Shown here: positions 56,262 to 64,000 of the stretch, one piece after another
Layout of the letters: each line of letters opens with the position of its first letter
Position numbering within the stretch: position 1 is the stretch's first letter
Assembly (NCBI GenBank): GCA_024231215.1
Contig: JAAEQR010000072.1
Span: 641,210-705,209, forward strand
DNA length: 64,000 nucleotides
Direction of reading: 5' to 3'
Source: PVC group bacterium
Lineage (GTDB): Bacteria; Omnitrophota; Gorgyraeia; B26-G9
Notes under the pieces: generated by a model
What the model was told of the DNA's origin: nothing
Database searches by the model: none
The model's input: the letters and a program-made list of their open reading frames with translations, nothing else
Program-made: the position numbers and the translations under genes

Positions 56262-58155
56262 CCTGGTTTTGTTAGTGACTAAAGTGTTTCCGTTTGAGGC
56301 TGTTTGTGCTTTTGGGCGGTGGCTGGGCATGATAGCTTGTTTTTTTTCCGGGAAAAGGCAGCGGGTGGCGCGGTCAAATCTAAAGGCGGCGTTTGGCGAT
56401 CGATATTCTCATAATGAGCGGAAACAAATAGTAAACAATATTTTTAAAAGGATGGGGCAGAATTTTTGTGAACTTCTTTTTGCGCCAAGAATGGACGAAA
56501 GGTTTTTCAATAAATATACTAGTATTAAAAATTTTGATAAGGTTAAAGCTGCTGCGGAATTAAATAAGGGGCTAATATTTCTAAGTGCTCATTATGGGAA
56601 TTGGGAGCTTCCTGCGAAGATATCAGCTTTTCATGGGCGTCCCATGTTGGGACTCGCTAGGGAACAGAAGCCTTATTTTTTAAATGATATTTTGAATAAA
56701 TATCGGCAGATAAACGGCCCGCAAATAACCGGTAAAGGAGCACAGCTTAGGAATATAGTTAAACATTTAAAAGATGGTGGAATTGTTGGGATGCTGGGAG
56801 ATCAGAGCGGTAAACAGGGAAAGCAAATGGATTTTTTTGGGCGTCCGGTATATATGGCAGAAGGGGCTTTTCGTATTGCGGCAGCTACGGGCAGTCCGAT
56901 TGTTCCGGCGTTTACTATTGCCGATGGACATACTCATCAGTTGGTGTGGGAGGAGCCGATATTTATTGCCCAGGGGGAAAAGGATGAGCGGAAGATTGAA
57001 TTAGCAATGCTTAAATATCGGGATATGTTAGAGGAATATATTTCAAGGGATCCACAGCAATGGATGTGGGTTAATAAACGCTGGAAATATACAAGGGGGA
57101 AATCAATACTATTACTTACTGATGGGAAAATGGGGCATTTGCGTCAAGCCCAGGCAGTAGCTAATGAAATTATGGCTCAGAGGCCGCGTTCGAAGATTAA
57201 TACTGTTCAGATTGCTTTTAAAAGTTCTTGGCATCGAAATATTGTTACTACTTTAACATTTTTATTCCGTAATTTTATCAGTGATCCAATGAAATTATTG
57301 CGGTATGGATTGACTGGTAATTGTTATTGCGATCTTGAAAATACATTTGCTGATGTTATTATTTGTTGTGGATCATTAACTAGAGCAGGTGCATTGCTTC
57401 TTGGGCGGGAAAATCAGGCCAAGGTTATTGCTCTTATGAATCCCGCACCGTTTTTTGCCAGTAATTTTGATCTGGCTATCATTGCTCGTCATGATTACCC
57501 GACACAGATGAAAAAGGTAGTTGTTATCGATGGAGCGCTTAATTTAATTTCTCCTGAGTATATGAAAGAGCAGGTAGATAAGTTGAAACAAACTTGTGAT
57601 TTATCGCAAAAGCTGAAGATCGGATTACTTATCGGGGGTGATTCAAAAGACTATATTATTACGCTTGAGAGGATAAAAGAGATCGTTGTCCAGGTTAAAA
57701 AATTCCTTAAGGAATTTGATGTAGAACTTCTTCTGACAACATCGAGGAGAACTCCTGCTCAGGTGCAGGAATATTTAATTCAGAGTTTTAAAGATGATAA
57801 GCAGTGTGTTTTGTCTGCGTTTCCTGAGCAAGCTTGTTTCGATTTCGCGATGGGAGGGATATTAGGGGCTTGTAGTGTTGTGATCGTGTCTGGGGAAAGT
57901 GTTTCAATGGTGTCCGAAGCAGCAACTTCGGGAGCATACACTATAGTTTTTCCTCTGGAAGCGCGGGATCCTCGAAAAGTTAAAAAGCATGAGGTATTTT
58001 TAAGAGAATTAAAACGGTTGAAACATCTTTGTATTGTGAAGGGTGATTCATTGTATGAAGAGCTTTTACAGTATAAACGCAATCCTGCAATGCTACATAA
58101 ACTTGATGATCGAAAGAAACTTAAAACCGTAATAAAAGAAAAGATATTGAATTAA
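56209..58155 (+). CDS. fusion protein: LpxL/HtrB-family lipid A acyltransferase plus an ELM1/DUF1022-like domain
   Basis: N-terminal 300 aa: 'HYGNWELP', '...GMLGDQ...' LPLAT motifs. C-terminal 340 aa: 'LLLTDGKMGHLRQAQAVA' ELM1-family start motif. Confidence 0.6.
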   Translation: MKMKKDSLLSYLIYIPLSLVLLVTKVFPFEAVCAFGRWLGMIACFFSGKRQRVARSNLKAAFGDRYSHNERKQIVNNIFKRMGQNFCELLFAPRMDERFFNKYTSIKNFDKVKAAAELNKGLIFLSAHYGNWELPAKISAFHGRPMLGLAREQKPYFLNDILNKYRQINGPQITGKGAQLRNIVKHLKDGGIVGMLGDQSGKQGKQMDFFGRPVYMAEGAFRIAAATGSPIVPAFTIADGHTHQLVWEEPIFIAQGEKDERKIELAMLKYRDMLEEYISRDPQQWMWVNKRWKYTRGKSILLLTDGKMGHLRQAQAVANEIMAQRPRSKINTVQIAFKSSWHRNIVTTLTFLFRNFISDPMKLLRYGLTGNCYCDLENTFADVIICCGSLTRAGALLLGRENQAKVIALMNPAPFFASNFDLAIIARHDYPTQMKKVVVIDGALNLISPEYMKEQVDKLKQTCDLSQKLKIGLLIGGDSKDYIITLERIKEIVVQVKKFLKEFDVELLLTTSRRTPAQVQEYLIQSFKDDKQCVLSAFPEQACFDFAMGGILGACSVVIVSGESVSMVSEAATSGAYTIVFPLEARDPRKVKKHEVFLRELKRLKHLCIVKGDSLYEELLQYKRNPAMLHKLDDRKKLKTVIKEKILN

Positions 58156-60269
58156 TGAATATACTGCAAATTCTTCCACAACTTAAAAGCGGTGGAGTTG
58201 AAACAGGAACAGTGGATTTAGCCCGGGAATTGGTTAATCGTCAACATAAAGCCGTGGTTATTTCTTCCGGAGGGGCTTTAGTTGAAGAACTTACGCAGCT
58301 AGGAGCCAGGCATTATAAATTGCCGGTCCATAAAAAGTCCTTTCTTTCTGTTTTGAGTTTAATTCCTGCAGTTGCCCGGATTATAAAGAAAGAGAAGATT
58401 GATATCATTCATGCTCGCAGCCGTGTTCCCGCCTGGATTGGGTTTTTTGCGGCAAAGCTTTCCAAGACTATATTTATAACTACTTGTCATGGGTATTATG
58501 GCGAGCATTTTTTTAGCCGGGTTATGGGATTTGGCAAGTATGTTATTGTGATCAGTCAGATAATTGGTCGGAGAATGATCGATATATTTGGTGTAGCTAA
58601 TGAGAAAATCAGGCTTATTTATCGGGGCGTTGATTTAGAAAAATTCAAATTCAGGGGTTTTTTTACCCGGGATAATCCGAAAGAAAAAGTTGTCGGAATT
58701 ATTGGTCGCATTACACCGCTTAAAGGGCATGAACATTTTATAAAAGCATTACCGCAGATATTAAGTGAGTTTCCTGGATGTAAAATTCTTATTGCCGGAG
58801 ATGCTCCGAAACAGAAACGCGCATACTATAATTCATTGCTAACTTTAGTGGATAAATTGAAAATAAAGGACAGAGTTAAGTTTTTAGGGAATATCCAGGA
58901 TGTGCCGGAAGTATTAAAAAAACTGGATGTATTAGTTTTGTCTACTACAACTAATGAAGCGTTTGGCAGAGTAGTTATTGAGGCTGGAGCTGTGGGAGTT
59001 CCTGTAATTGCTACCAGAGTTGGTGGAGTTGTAGAGATAATAGATCACCAAGAGCATGGTTTATTGATTGATCCTGCGGATTCCTATCAATTAGCTAATG
59101 CGGTTGTTCGAATGTTAAAGGATAAGTCTTTGGCAGAAGCATGTGCGCAGCGTTTACAGGAGAAGGTGCGAACATGTTTTTCGCTAGAAAGACTTGCGGA
59201 TAAGACGATTGCTGTATATAAAGAAGCTTTAGAGAAGAGGAAGCTTTTAGTGGTTAAATTAGGGGCATTAGGAGATGTTATTTTAATAAGTCCGGCTTTA
59301 AAAGCCCTGAGGGAAAAGCATCCTAAAGCTTCTATTTCTTTGCTAATAAAGAAAGAATATAAAGATATTATCCAAGCTTGTCCTTTTATTGATGAGCTGA
59401 TAATTTTGAAGAATAAAGGCATTGGAGAAATAGTTAAGAATATTTTAAAACTAAAAAAAGAAGGTTTTGATGTTAGTATTGATTTTCAAAATAATAGATT
59501 AAGTCACTTAATGTGTTTCTTGGCTGGAATACCCCGGCGTTTTGGTTATAAAAATAATAAGTTCGGCTGGTTGCTAAATTGCGGAATTGCAAATAAAATT
59601 AAAAATATTGATCCGGTTGCTCATCAGGGATATGTATTACAGTCCCTAGGAGTAGAAATTTCTGATAAGAAGCTCAGTTTATGGATGAATGAAAGAAATG
59701 AAGAAAAAGCAAAAGGTTTTTTGGCTCGACAGTGGTTGGCTCAGGGGCAGATGCTTATTGGTATTAATGCTATAGCTAGCCGACGTTGGCAGAGTAAAGT
59801 ATGGTTGTCTGAATATTATGCACAGCTTGCAGATAAACTGGCAAATGAATTTAATGCACGTATTTTATTTACCGGCATAGATCAGAACAGAGATGAAATT
59901 GAAACTATAATTGCTCAGACCAATTGCAAACCGATTAACGCTTGTGGGAAAACTTCGTTGATTGAACTTGCTGCGCTGGTTAAATATTGTGCTGTTTTTT
60001 TGACTGTAGATAGTGCTCCAATGCATATCGCAGCGGCAGTAGGGACGCCATTTGTAGCTTTGTTTGGACCTACTGATCCGACAAGACATTTGCCATATGC
60101 GGAAAAATTTGTTTTAATAAAAAAGAACTTAGACTGTGCGCCATGTTACAAAACAAAATGTTTTGATAAAAAGTGCATGAAGGAAATTAGTGTGGATGAA
60201 GTGTATAGCGCAATGATCGAAAGTGTGGATAAAAAGAATGAATATATTACAATTAACAACCCATCTTAA
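58155..60269 (+). CDS. fusion protein: GT4 glycosyltransferase plus GT9 (LPS heptosyltransferase-like)
   Basis: N-terminal half is GT-B GT4 ('EAFGRVVIEAGAVGVPVIATRVGG'). C-terminal half has GT9 motifs 'LLVVKLGALGDVILISPALKAL' and 'DSAPMHIAAAVGTPFVALFGPT'. Confidence 0.7.
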   Translation: MNILQILPQLKSGGVETGTVDLARELVNRQHKAVVISSGGALVEELTQLGARHYKLPVHKKSFLSVLSLIPAVARIIKKEKIDIIHARSRVPAWIGFFAAKLSKTIFITTCHGYYGEHFFSRVMGFGKYVIVISQIIGRRMIDIFGVANEKIRLIYRGVDLEKFKFRGFFTRDNPKEKVVGIIGRITPLKGHEHFIKALPQILSEFPGCKILIAGDAPKQKRAYYNSLLTLVDKLKIKDRVKFLGNIQDVPEVLKKLDVLVLSTTTNEAFGRVVIEAGAVGVPVIATRVGGVVEIIDHQEHGLLIDPADSYQLANAVVRMLKDKSLAEACAQRLQEKVRTCFSLERLADKTIAVYKEALEKRKLLVVKLGALGDVILISPALKALREKHPKASISLLIKKEYKDIIQACPFIDELIILKNKGIGEIVKNILKLKKEGFDVSIDFQNNRLSHLMCFLAGIPRRFGYKNNKFGWLLNCGIANKIKNIDPVAHQGYVLQSLGVEISDKKLSLWMNERNEEKAKGFLARQWLAQGQMLIGINAIASRRWQSKVWLSEYYAQLADKLANEFNARILFTGIDQNRDEIETIIAQTNCKPINACGKTSLIELAALVKYCAVFLTVDSAPMHIAAAVGTPFVALFGPTDPTRHLPYAEKFVLIKKNLDCAPCYKTKCFDKKCMKEISVDEVYSAMIESVDKKNEYITINNPS

Positions 60270-61314
60270 TTACGGGGGAATAAGTTCTTACTGCTTGTCA
60301 TTGTCCAAGGAATTGGCAGTTAAGGGACACAATGTTTATATCGGCTCATCTCCGGGAGATATGGTGCCTCATTTGGAGAGAAGTGGTATTGACTATATCG
60401 AACTTCCAATACAAACAAAATCAGAACTAAGTCCACGAGTGTTATTAAGTACGGCTAAACTGGTGAAACTTATAAAAGATAAGCAGATTGATATTATCCA
60501 TGCACATACGCGTGTTACTCAGATAACCGCATATTACTTGAATAGACTAACAGGGGTGCCTTTTGTAACTACTTGTCATGGTTTTTTTAAAAGGAATCTT
60601 GGTAGACAGATCTGCCCGGCTTGGGGGAGTAAAGTTATTGCAATTAGTGAAGCAGTTAAAAAACATCTAAAAATAGATTTTTATTTGCCGGAAGATAGAA
60701 TTGCTTTGATTCCTAACGGAATAGATATTACTCGTTTTAGAGTGTCTTCTCGAAAGACAGATTTAGAATCTCCGGCAAGGATAGTGGGTATTATTGCTCG
60801 CTTATCATCAGTTAAGGGGCATACTTGTTTAATTGAAGCAATGGCACAAGTTATAAAGGAATTTCCGGAAGCTAAATTATATGTTTTTGGGGAAGGTCAT
60901 ATGAAATATAAACTTATTGAACAAGCTGAAAAAATGGGGATGAGTGAAAGGATGCTGTTTCTGCCGTCAGTTTCTAATACACAAGAGGTGTTGCAGGAAA
61001 TAGATATATTTGTTATGCCTTCTTTGCAAGAAGGTCTGGGGTTGTCTATTTTAGAAGCACAGGCATGTGGACTTCCGGTAATTGCTTCTAATGTAGGGGG
61101 AATACCTACAGTTGTGAAAAATGAATTAAATGGTTTGCTGGTACCTCCGCAAGAGCCAAATGCTCTAGCGGGAGCAATAATGAAGGTTATGGATAATAAA
61201 GAATTGGCTGTTAAGTTAGGCAGGCATGCCAGAGCGAATGTAGAAGAACACTTTAATTTAGAAAAAATGGTGTCTCCTATAGAAACAGTGTATGAAGGGA
61301 TTCTTAAAAAATGA
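60238..61314 (+). CDS. GT4 family glycosyltransferase
   Basis: 'MNILQLTT..GGIS' N-terminus and an 'EGLGLSILEAQACGLPVIASNVGG' donor-binding motif. Confidence 0.75.
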   Translation: MNILQLTTHLNYGGISSYCLSLSKELAVKGHNVYIGSSPGDMVPHLERSGIDYIELPIQTKSELSPRVLLSTAKLVKLIKDKQIDIIHAHTRVTQITAYYLNRLTGVPFVTTCHGFFKRNLGRQICPAWGSKVIAISEAVKKHLKIDFYLPEDRIALIPNGIDITRFRVSSRKTDLESPARIVGIIARLSSVKGHTCLIEAMAQVIKEFPEAKLYVFGEGHMKYKLIEQAEKMGMSERMLFLPSVSNTQEVLQEIDIFVMPSLQEGLGLSILEAQACGLPVIASNVGGIPTVVKNELNGLLVPPQEPNALAGAIMKVMDNKELAVKLGRHARANVEEHFNLEKMVSPIETVYEGILKK

Positions 61315-62111
61315 ACAGAAAGATTTTACCTGCGATAATTGGTGTTATTTCAATTGTTATTATTGCCTGTTTTTTGCATAGCGTATATTCAGTTCCAGTA
61401 CTCATGTACCACAGTATAAATGGAAATTCGCAAAATTCCCGCTTAAGCGTAAGTCCTGAAAGTTTTGAAAAACAAATGAGTTTTTTAAAAAAACATAATT
61501 ATGAGATACTGACGTTATCTGAATATGTGGATATGCTTAAACAAAAGAAAAAGCCTTCTAAGAGATCTGTGGTTATTACTTTCGATGACGGCTTTGATAA
61601 TAATTATACGATGGCTTACCCGATATTAAAGAAACACAATATCCCCGCAGTGATATTTATTGTTGTAAACTGGGTTGGTAATTCGGGTATGATGAATTGG
61701 TCAGAAATTAAGGAACTGGTTGATAGTAATCTGATTGAAATTGGAAGTCATACTTTAGCTCACGATGAACTGACGAAAATGGATAAAGAAGAAGCTTTTC
61801 GGGAAATTCAGGAATCAAAACAGATTTTAGAATCGAAACTTAATAAGCCGATTAAGTTTTTGTGTTATCCCTGCGGGAGTTTTAATGCAGGTATTAAAGA
61901 GATAGTAGAGAAAAGTGACTATAAAGGTGCGTGTGCAACTCATCCCGGGGCTGAGTTACCGTTAGATGATGCCTATGCGATCCGCAGAATACGCATATCA
62001 CGCTCTTCAGATAATATGTTTATCTTTTGGGGGCAGATCTCAGGGTACTATACATATTTTAAAGACCGTAAAATTCAGAATAAAGATCATGAAAAAAATA
62101 CTTGTTATTAA
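61311..62111 (+). CDS. polysaccharide deacetylase (NodB domain) with an N-terminal TM anchor
   Basis: 'VVITFDDGFDNNY' NodB motif 1 and 'HTLAHDEL'. Confidence 0.7.
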   Translation: MNRKILPAIIGVISIVIIACFLHSVYSVPVLMYHSINGNSQNSRLSVSPESFEKQMSFLKKHNYEILTLSEYVDMLKQKKKPSKRSVVITFDDGFDNNYTMAYPILKKHNIPAVIFIVVNWVGNSGMMNWSEIKELVDSNLIEIGSHTLAHDELTKMDKEEAFREIQESKQILESKLNKPIKFLCYPCGSFNAGIKEIVEKSDYKGACATHPGAELPLDDAYAIRRIRISRSSDNMFIFWGQISGYYTYFKDRKIQNKDHEKNTCY

Positions 62112-63099
62112 TGTTAATTGGTTAGGCGATGTTTTGTTTTCCACGCCGACATTAAAGGCTCTGCGTGCCAATGAGCCCGATGTTTATATAGCCTGTATTG
62201 TTGTATCTCGTTGCGAAGAAGTCTTGAAGTCCAATCCTGTGATTAATGAGATCATTGTCTATGATGAGTATGGTAAGCATCGCTCTTTTGGAGCGAAATT
62301 TCGTTTTATCCGTATGTTAAGGAAGAAGAAGTTTGATGTGGTATATGTTTTGCATCCTTCCCTGAAAAGGGCCATGATCGGATATCTAGCGGGAATTCCG
62401 GAAAGAATAGGCTATGACACTAAAAACAGATCTTTTTTGCTTACACGGCCTATTCCAGCTCCGGATCAACAGATGCATAAGATCGACTATTTTTTGAATC
62501 TCTTGAAAAACTGCGGGATAAAAACAGATGATCGAAAATGTGATTTTTTCATAAGTAGTGAAGATGAAGAAAAAGCGCAAGCATTGTTAGAAAGTAAAGG
62601 TCTTAAAGATGGAGAAAAGACTGTTCTTATAAATCCAGGAGGCAATTGGCTTCTAAAACGCTGGCCTGTGGAGTACTTTGCGAAGCTGGCAAATATCTTA
62701 AATGAAAAACAGAAGGTAAAGATAATTATTGCCGGAGCCAAAAAAGATTATGATTTAGCGAAGGAAATAGCGGATAAGATGATACGGGAACCTATAATAG
62801 TGACAGGCCAGACTAATTTGCCTGAGCTTGCTGCTGTTATGAAGCGTGCCGCTTGTGTTGTTTCGGCTGATTCAGGGCCTATGCATATTGCGTCTGCTTT
62901 TGGGGTTAATACCGTTGCTGTTTTTGGTCCGACTGCGGCGGACTTAACAGGTCCGATAGGTAATGCAAAGACTGTGATTTTGCAAAAAGATATTGGCTGT
63001 GAAATTCCGTGTTATCAGTTGAGTTGTGTTGATAATAAATGTATGAAGGCTGTTAGCCCCGAAGAAGTGGCGGATACGGTAAATAAATTTATGGAGTGA
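62089..63099 (+). CDS. GT9 family glycosyltransferase (ADP-heptose:LPS heptosyltransferase-like)
   Basis: 'MKKILVINVNWLGDVLFSTPTLKAL' and 'DSGPMHIASAFGVNTVAVFGPT'. It overlaps the deacetylase 3' end. Confidence 0.75.
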   Translation: MKKILVINVNWLGDVLFSTPTLKALRANEPDVYIACIVVSRCEEVLKSNPVINEIIVYDEYGKHRSFGAKFRFIRMLRKKKFDVVYVLHPSLKRAMIGYLAGIPERIGYDTKNRSFLLTRPIPAPDQQMHKIDYFLNLLKNCGIKTDDRKCDFFISSEDEEKAQALLESKGLKDGEKTVLINPGGNWLLKRWPVEYFAKLANILNEKQKVKIIIAGAKKDYDLAKEIADKMIREPIIVTGQTNLPELAAVMKRAACVVSADSGPMHIASAFGVNTVAVFGPTAADLTGPIGNAKTVILQKDIGCEIPCYQLSCVDNKCMKAVSPEEVADTVNKFME

Positions 63100-63106
63100 T
63101 TTTTTT

Positions 63107-63970
63107 ATGGATAAAAAGAAACTGTTACTTGTGTTGTTATGTATTTTTGTGTTTGCTTTAAATGGTTGTTCTTCCCGGTGTAAGTCTATTTCTGTAGAGA
63201 CTGCTGCAGAAAAACCGGTTGAAACTCAAATAGCTCCGCCGAAAGGTGTATTGAATATAGGTGAGAAATATTTCTATAAAGTAGGCTGGTTAGGACTTGA
63301 CGTAGGTTTAGCTACTATATATATAAAGGAAAAAACAGTAGTTGACGGGCGTGAAGTATATGAGGTTAACCTTACTACAGCAACAAATAAGTTTTTCTCA
63401 TTTTTTTACAAGGTGCGTGGTGAAGCTAATTCATACATAGACGCTCAGACGTTTAGGCCGGTTAAGCATAATTCATACACTAGCATAAATAAAAAGAAAA
63501 TATTCAAAAAGATAGAATATGATTTTGATAAGCTTATTGCTTATTCAGAGGATAAGAAAGGGCATCATGAAGTGCCTATCCCTGAGCATGTATTGGATCC
63601 ATTGGGAGTGTTTTATTATTTTTCTTTAAATACGGTTAAGCTGGGAGAGCCGGTAGAGTTGTTTCTAAATGCTGGCAAGAAGAATTTTCCGGTAACAGTC
63701 TTTGTTAAAACTCAAAGGCGTATTAGAACTCCGGCGGGTAGATTTTGGGCTTTTCTCGTAGAACCTACAGTACAGTCGGAACGGCAATTTGACGAGATTA
63801 TAAATGCTCAAGGACGTATGCGGGTGTGGTTTAGTTGTGATGATCGGCGTATTCCTTTAATTATTACTTTGAAAATTCCAGTTGGTACGGCTAAAGCGGT
63901 ATTAACTGATATTCAAGCTATTGAGGAAGAGATAGATTCTAATTCCGAAGAAGTTGTTACAGAGAGGTAG
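63107..63970 (+). CDS. DUF3108-like lipoprotein (hypothetical, LPS-cluster associated)
   Basis: Lipobox 'ALNGCSS' and beta-rich composition. The family assignment is tentative. Confidence 0.4.
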   Translation: MDKKKLLLVLLCIFVFALNGCSSRCKSISVETAAEKPVETQIAPPKGVLNIGEKYFYKVGWLGLDVGLATIYIKEKTVVDGREVYEVNLTTATNKFFSFFYKVRGEANSYIDAQTFRPVKHNSYTSINKKKIFKKIEYDFDKLIAYSEDKKGHHEVPIPEHVLDPLGVFYYFSLNTVKLGEPVELFLNAGKKNFPVTVFVKTQRRIRTPAGRFWAFLVEPTVQSERQFDEIINAQGRMRVWFSCDDRRIPLIITLKIPVGTAKAVLTDIQAIEEEIDSNSEEVVTER

Positions 63971-64000
63971 GAAAGATATGCGTTTAAAAAGGAGGTTTGA

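Overview
This is a low-GC (~38-40%) bacterial chromosomal segment; the PEP-CTERM/exosortase genes, an H-X9-DG pseudopilin and many class-B radical SAM genes fit a PVC-like or candidate-phylum organism, but that is speculation. I found no mobile elements and no CRISPR array. Order of content:
(1) Window 5' end (1-6.4 kb): a partial exosortase plus EpsI, three secreted cargo proteins (two with PEP-CTERM anchors, one GH26-like), a giant GspK-like pseudopilin and a PilZ protein.
(2) A transglutaminase-like protein, an ABC transporter and an M48 lipoprotein peptidase flanked by two stand-alone PilZ proteins, then pyk.
(3) A TolB-like secreted beta-propeller protein and rpoN on the minus strand.
(4) About 11 kb of accessory-looking genes: four class-B (B12-binding) radical SAM genes interleaved with an FAD oxidoreductase and an Arn-like trio of a GT2, a NodB-type deacetylase and a GT-C/TPR membrane protein.
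(5) A pyr operon (pyrR, pyrB, pyrC, pyrK, pyrD, pyrF) with a PyrR attenuator. Between pyrC and pyrK it carries an inserted module: an EndoQ-like PHP nuclease, a flavodoxin, an SLOG/TIGR00725 protein, YjbQ and MutM.
(6) yicC, a RemA-like gene, gmk, rpoZ and a split coaC/coaB pair.
(7) A type IV pilin-like H-X9-DG gene, then tRNA-Cys, tRNA-Leu and tRNA-Val, then thrS, infC, rpmI, rplT, pheS and pheT. ThrS and PheT each lack an N-terminal accessory domain.
(8) Small membrane/SH3/zinc-ribbon proteins, a class III adenylate cyclase with an ER/K-rich helix and TPRs, and a convergent 1026-aa Sel1/beta-propeller protein.
(9) An orphan response regulator, a long structured leader, rarA and an LPS/lipid A cluster (lpxK, an LpxL-ELM1 fusion, a GT4-GT9 fusion, GT4, a deacetylase, GT9 and a DUF3108-like lipoprotein).
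I consider the radical SAM/Arn-like cluster and the exosortase/PEP-CTERM/giant pseudopilin locus the most novel candidates.
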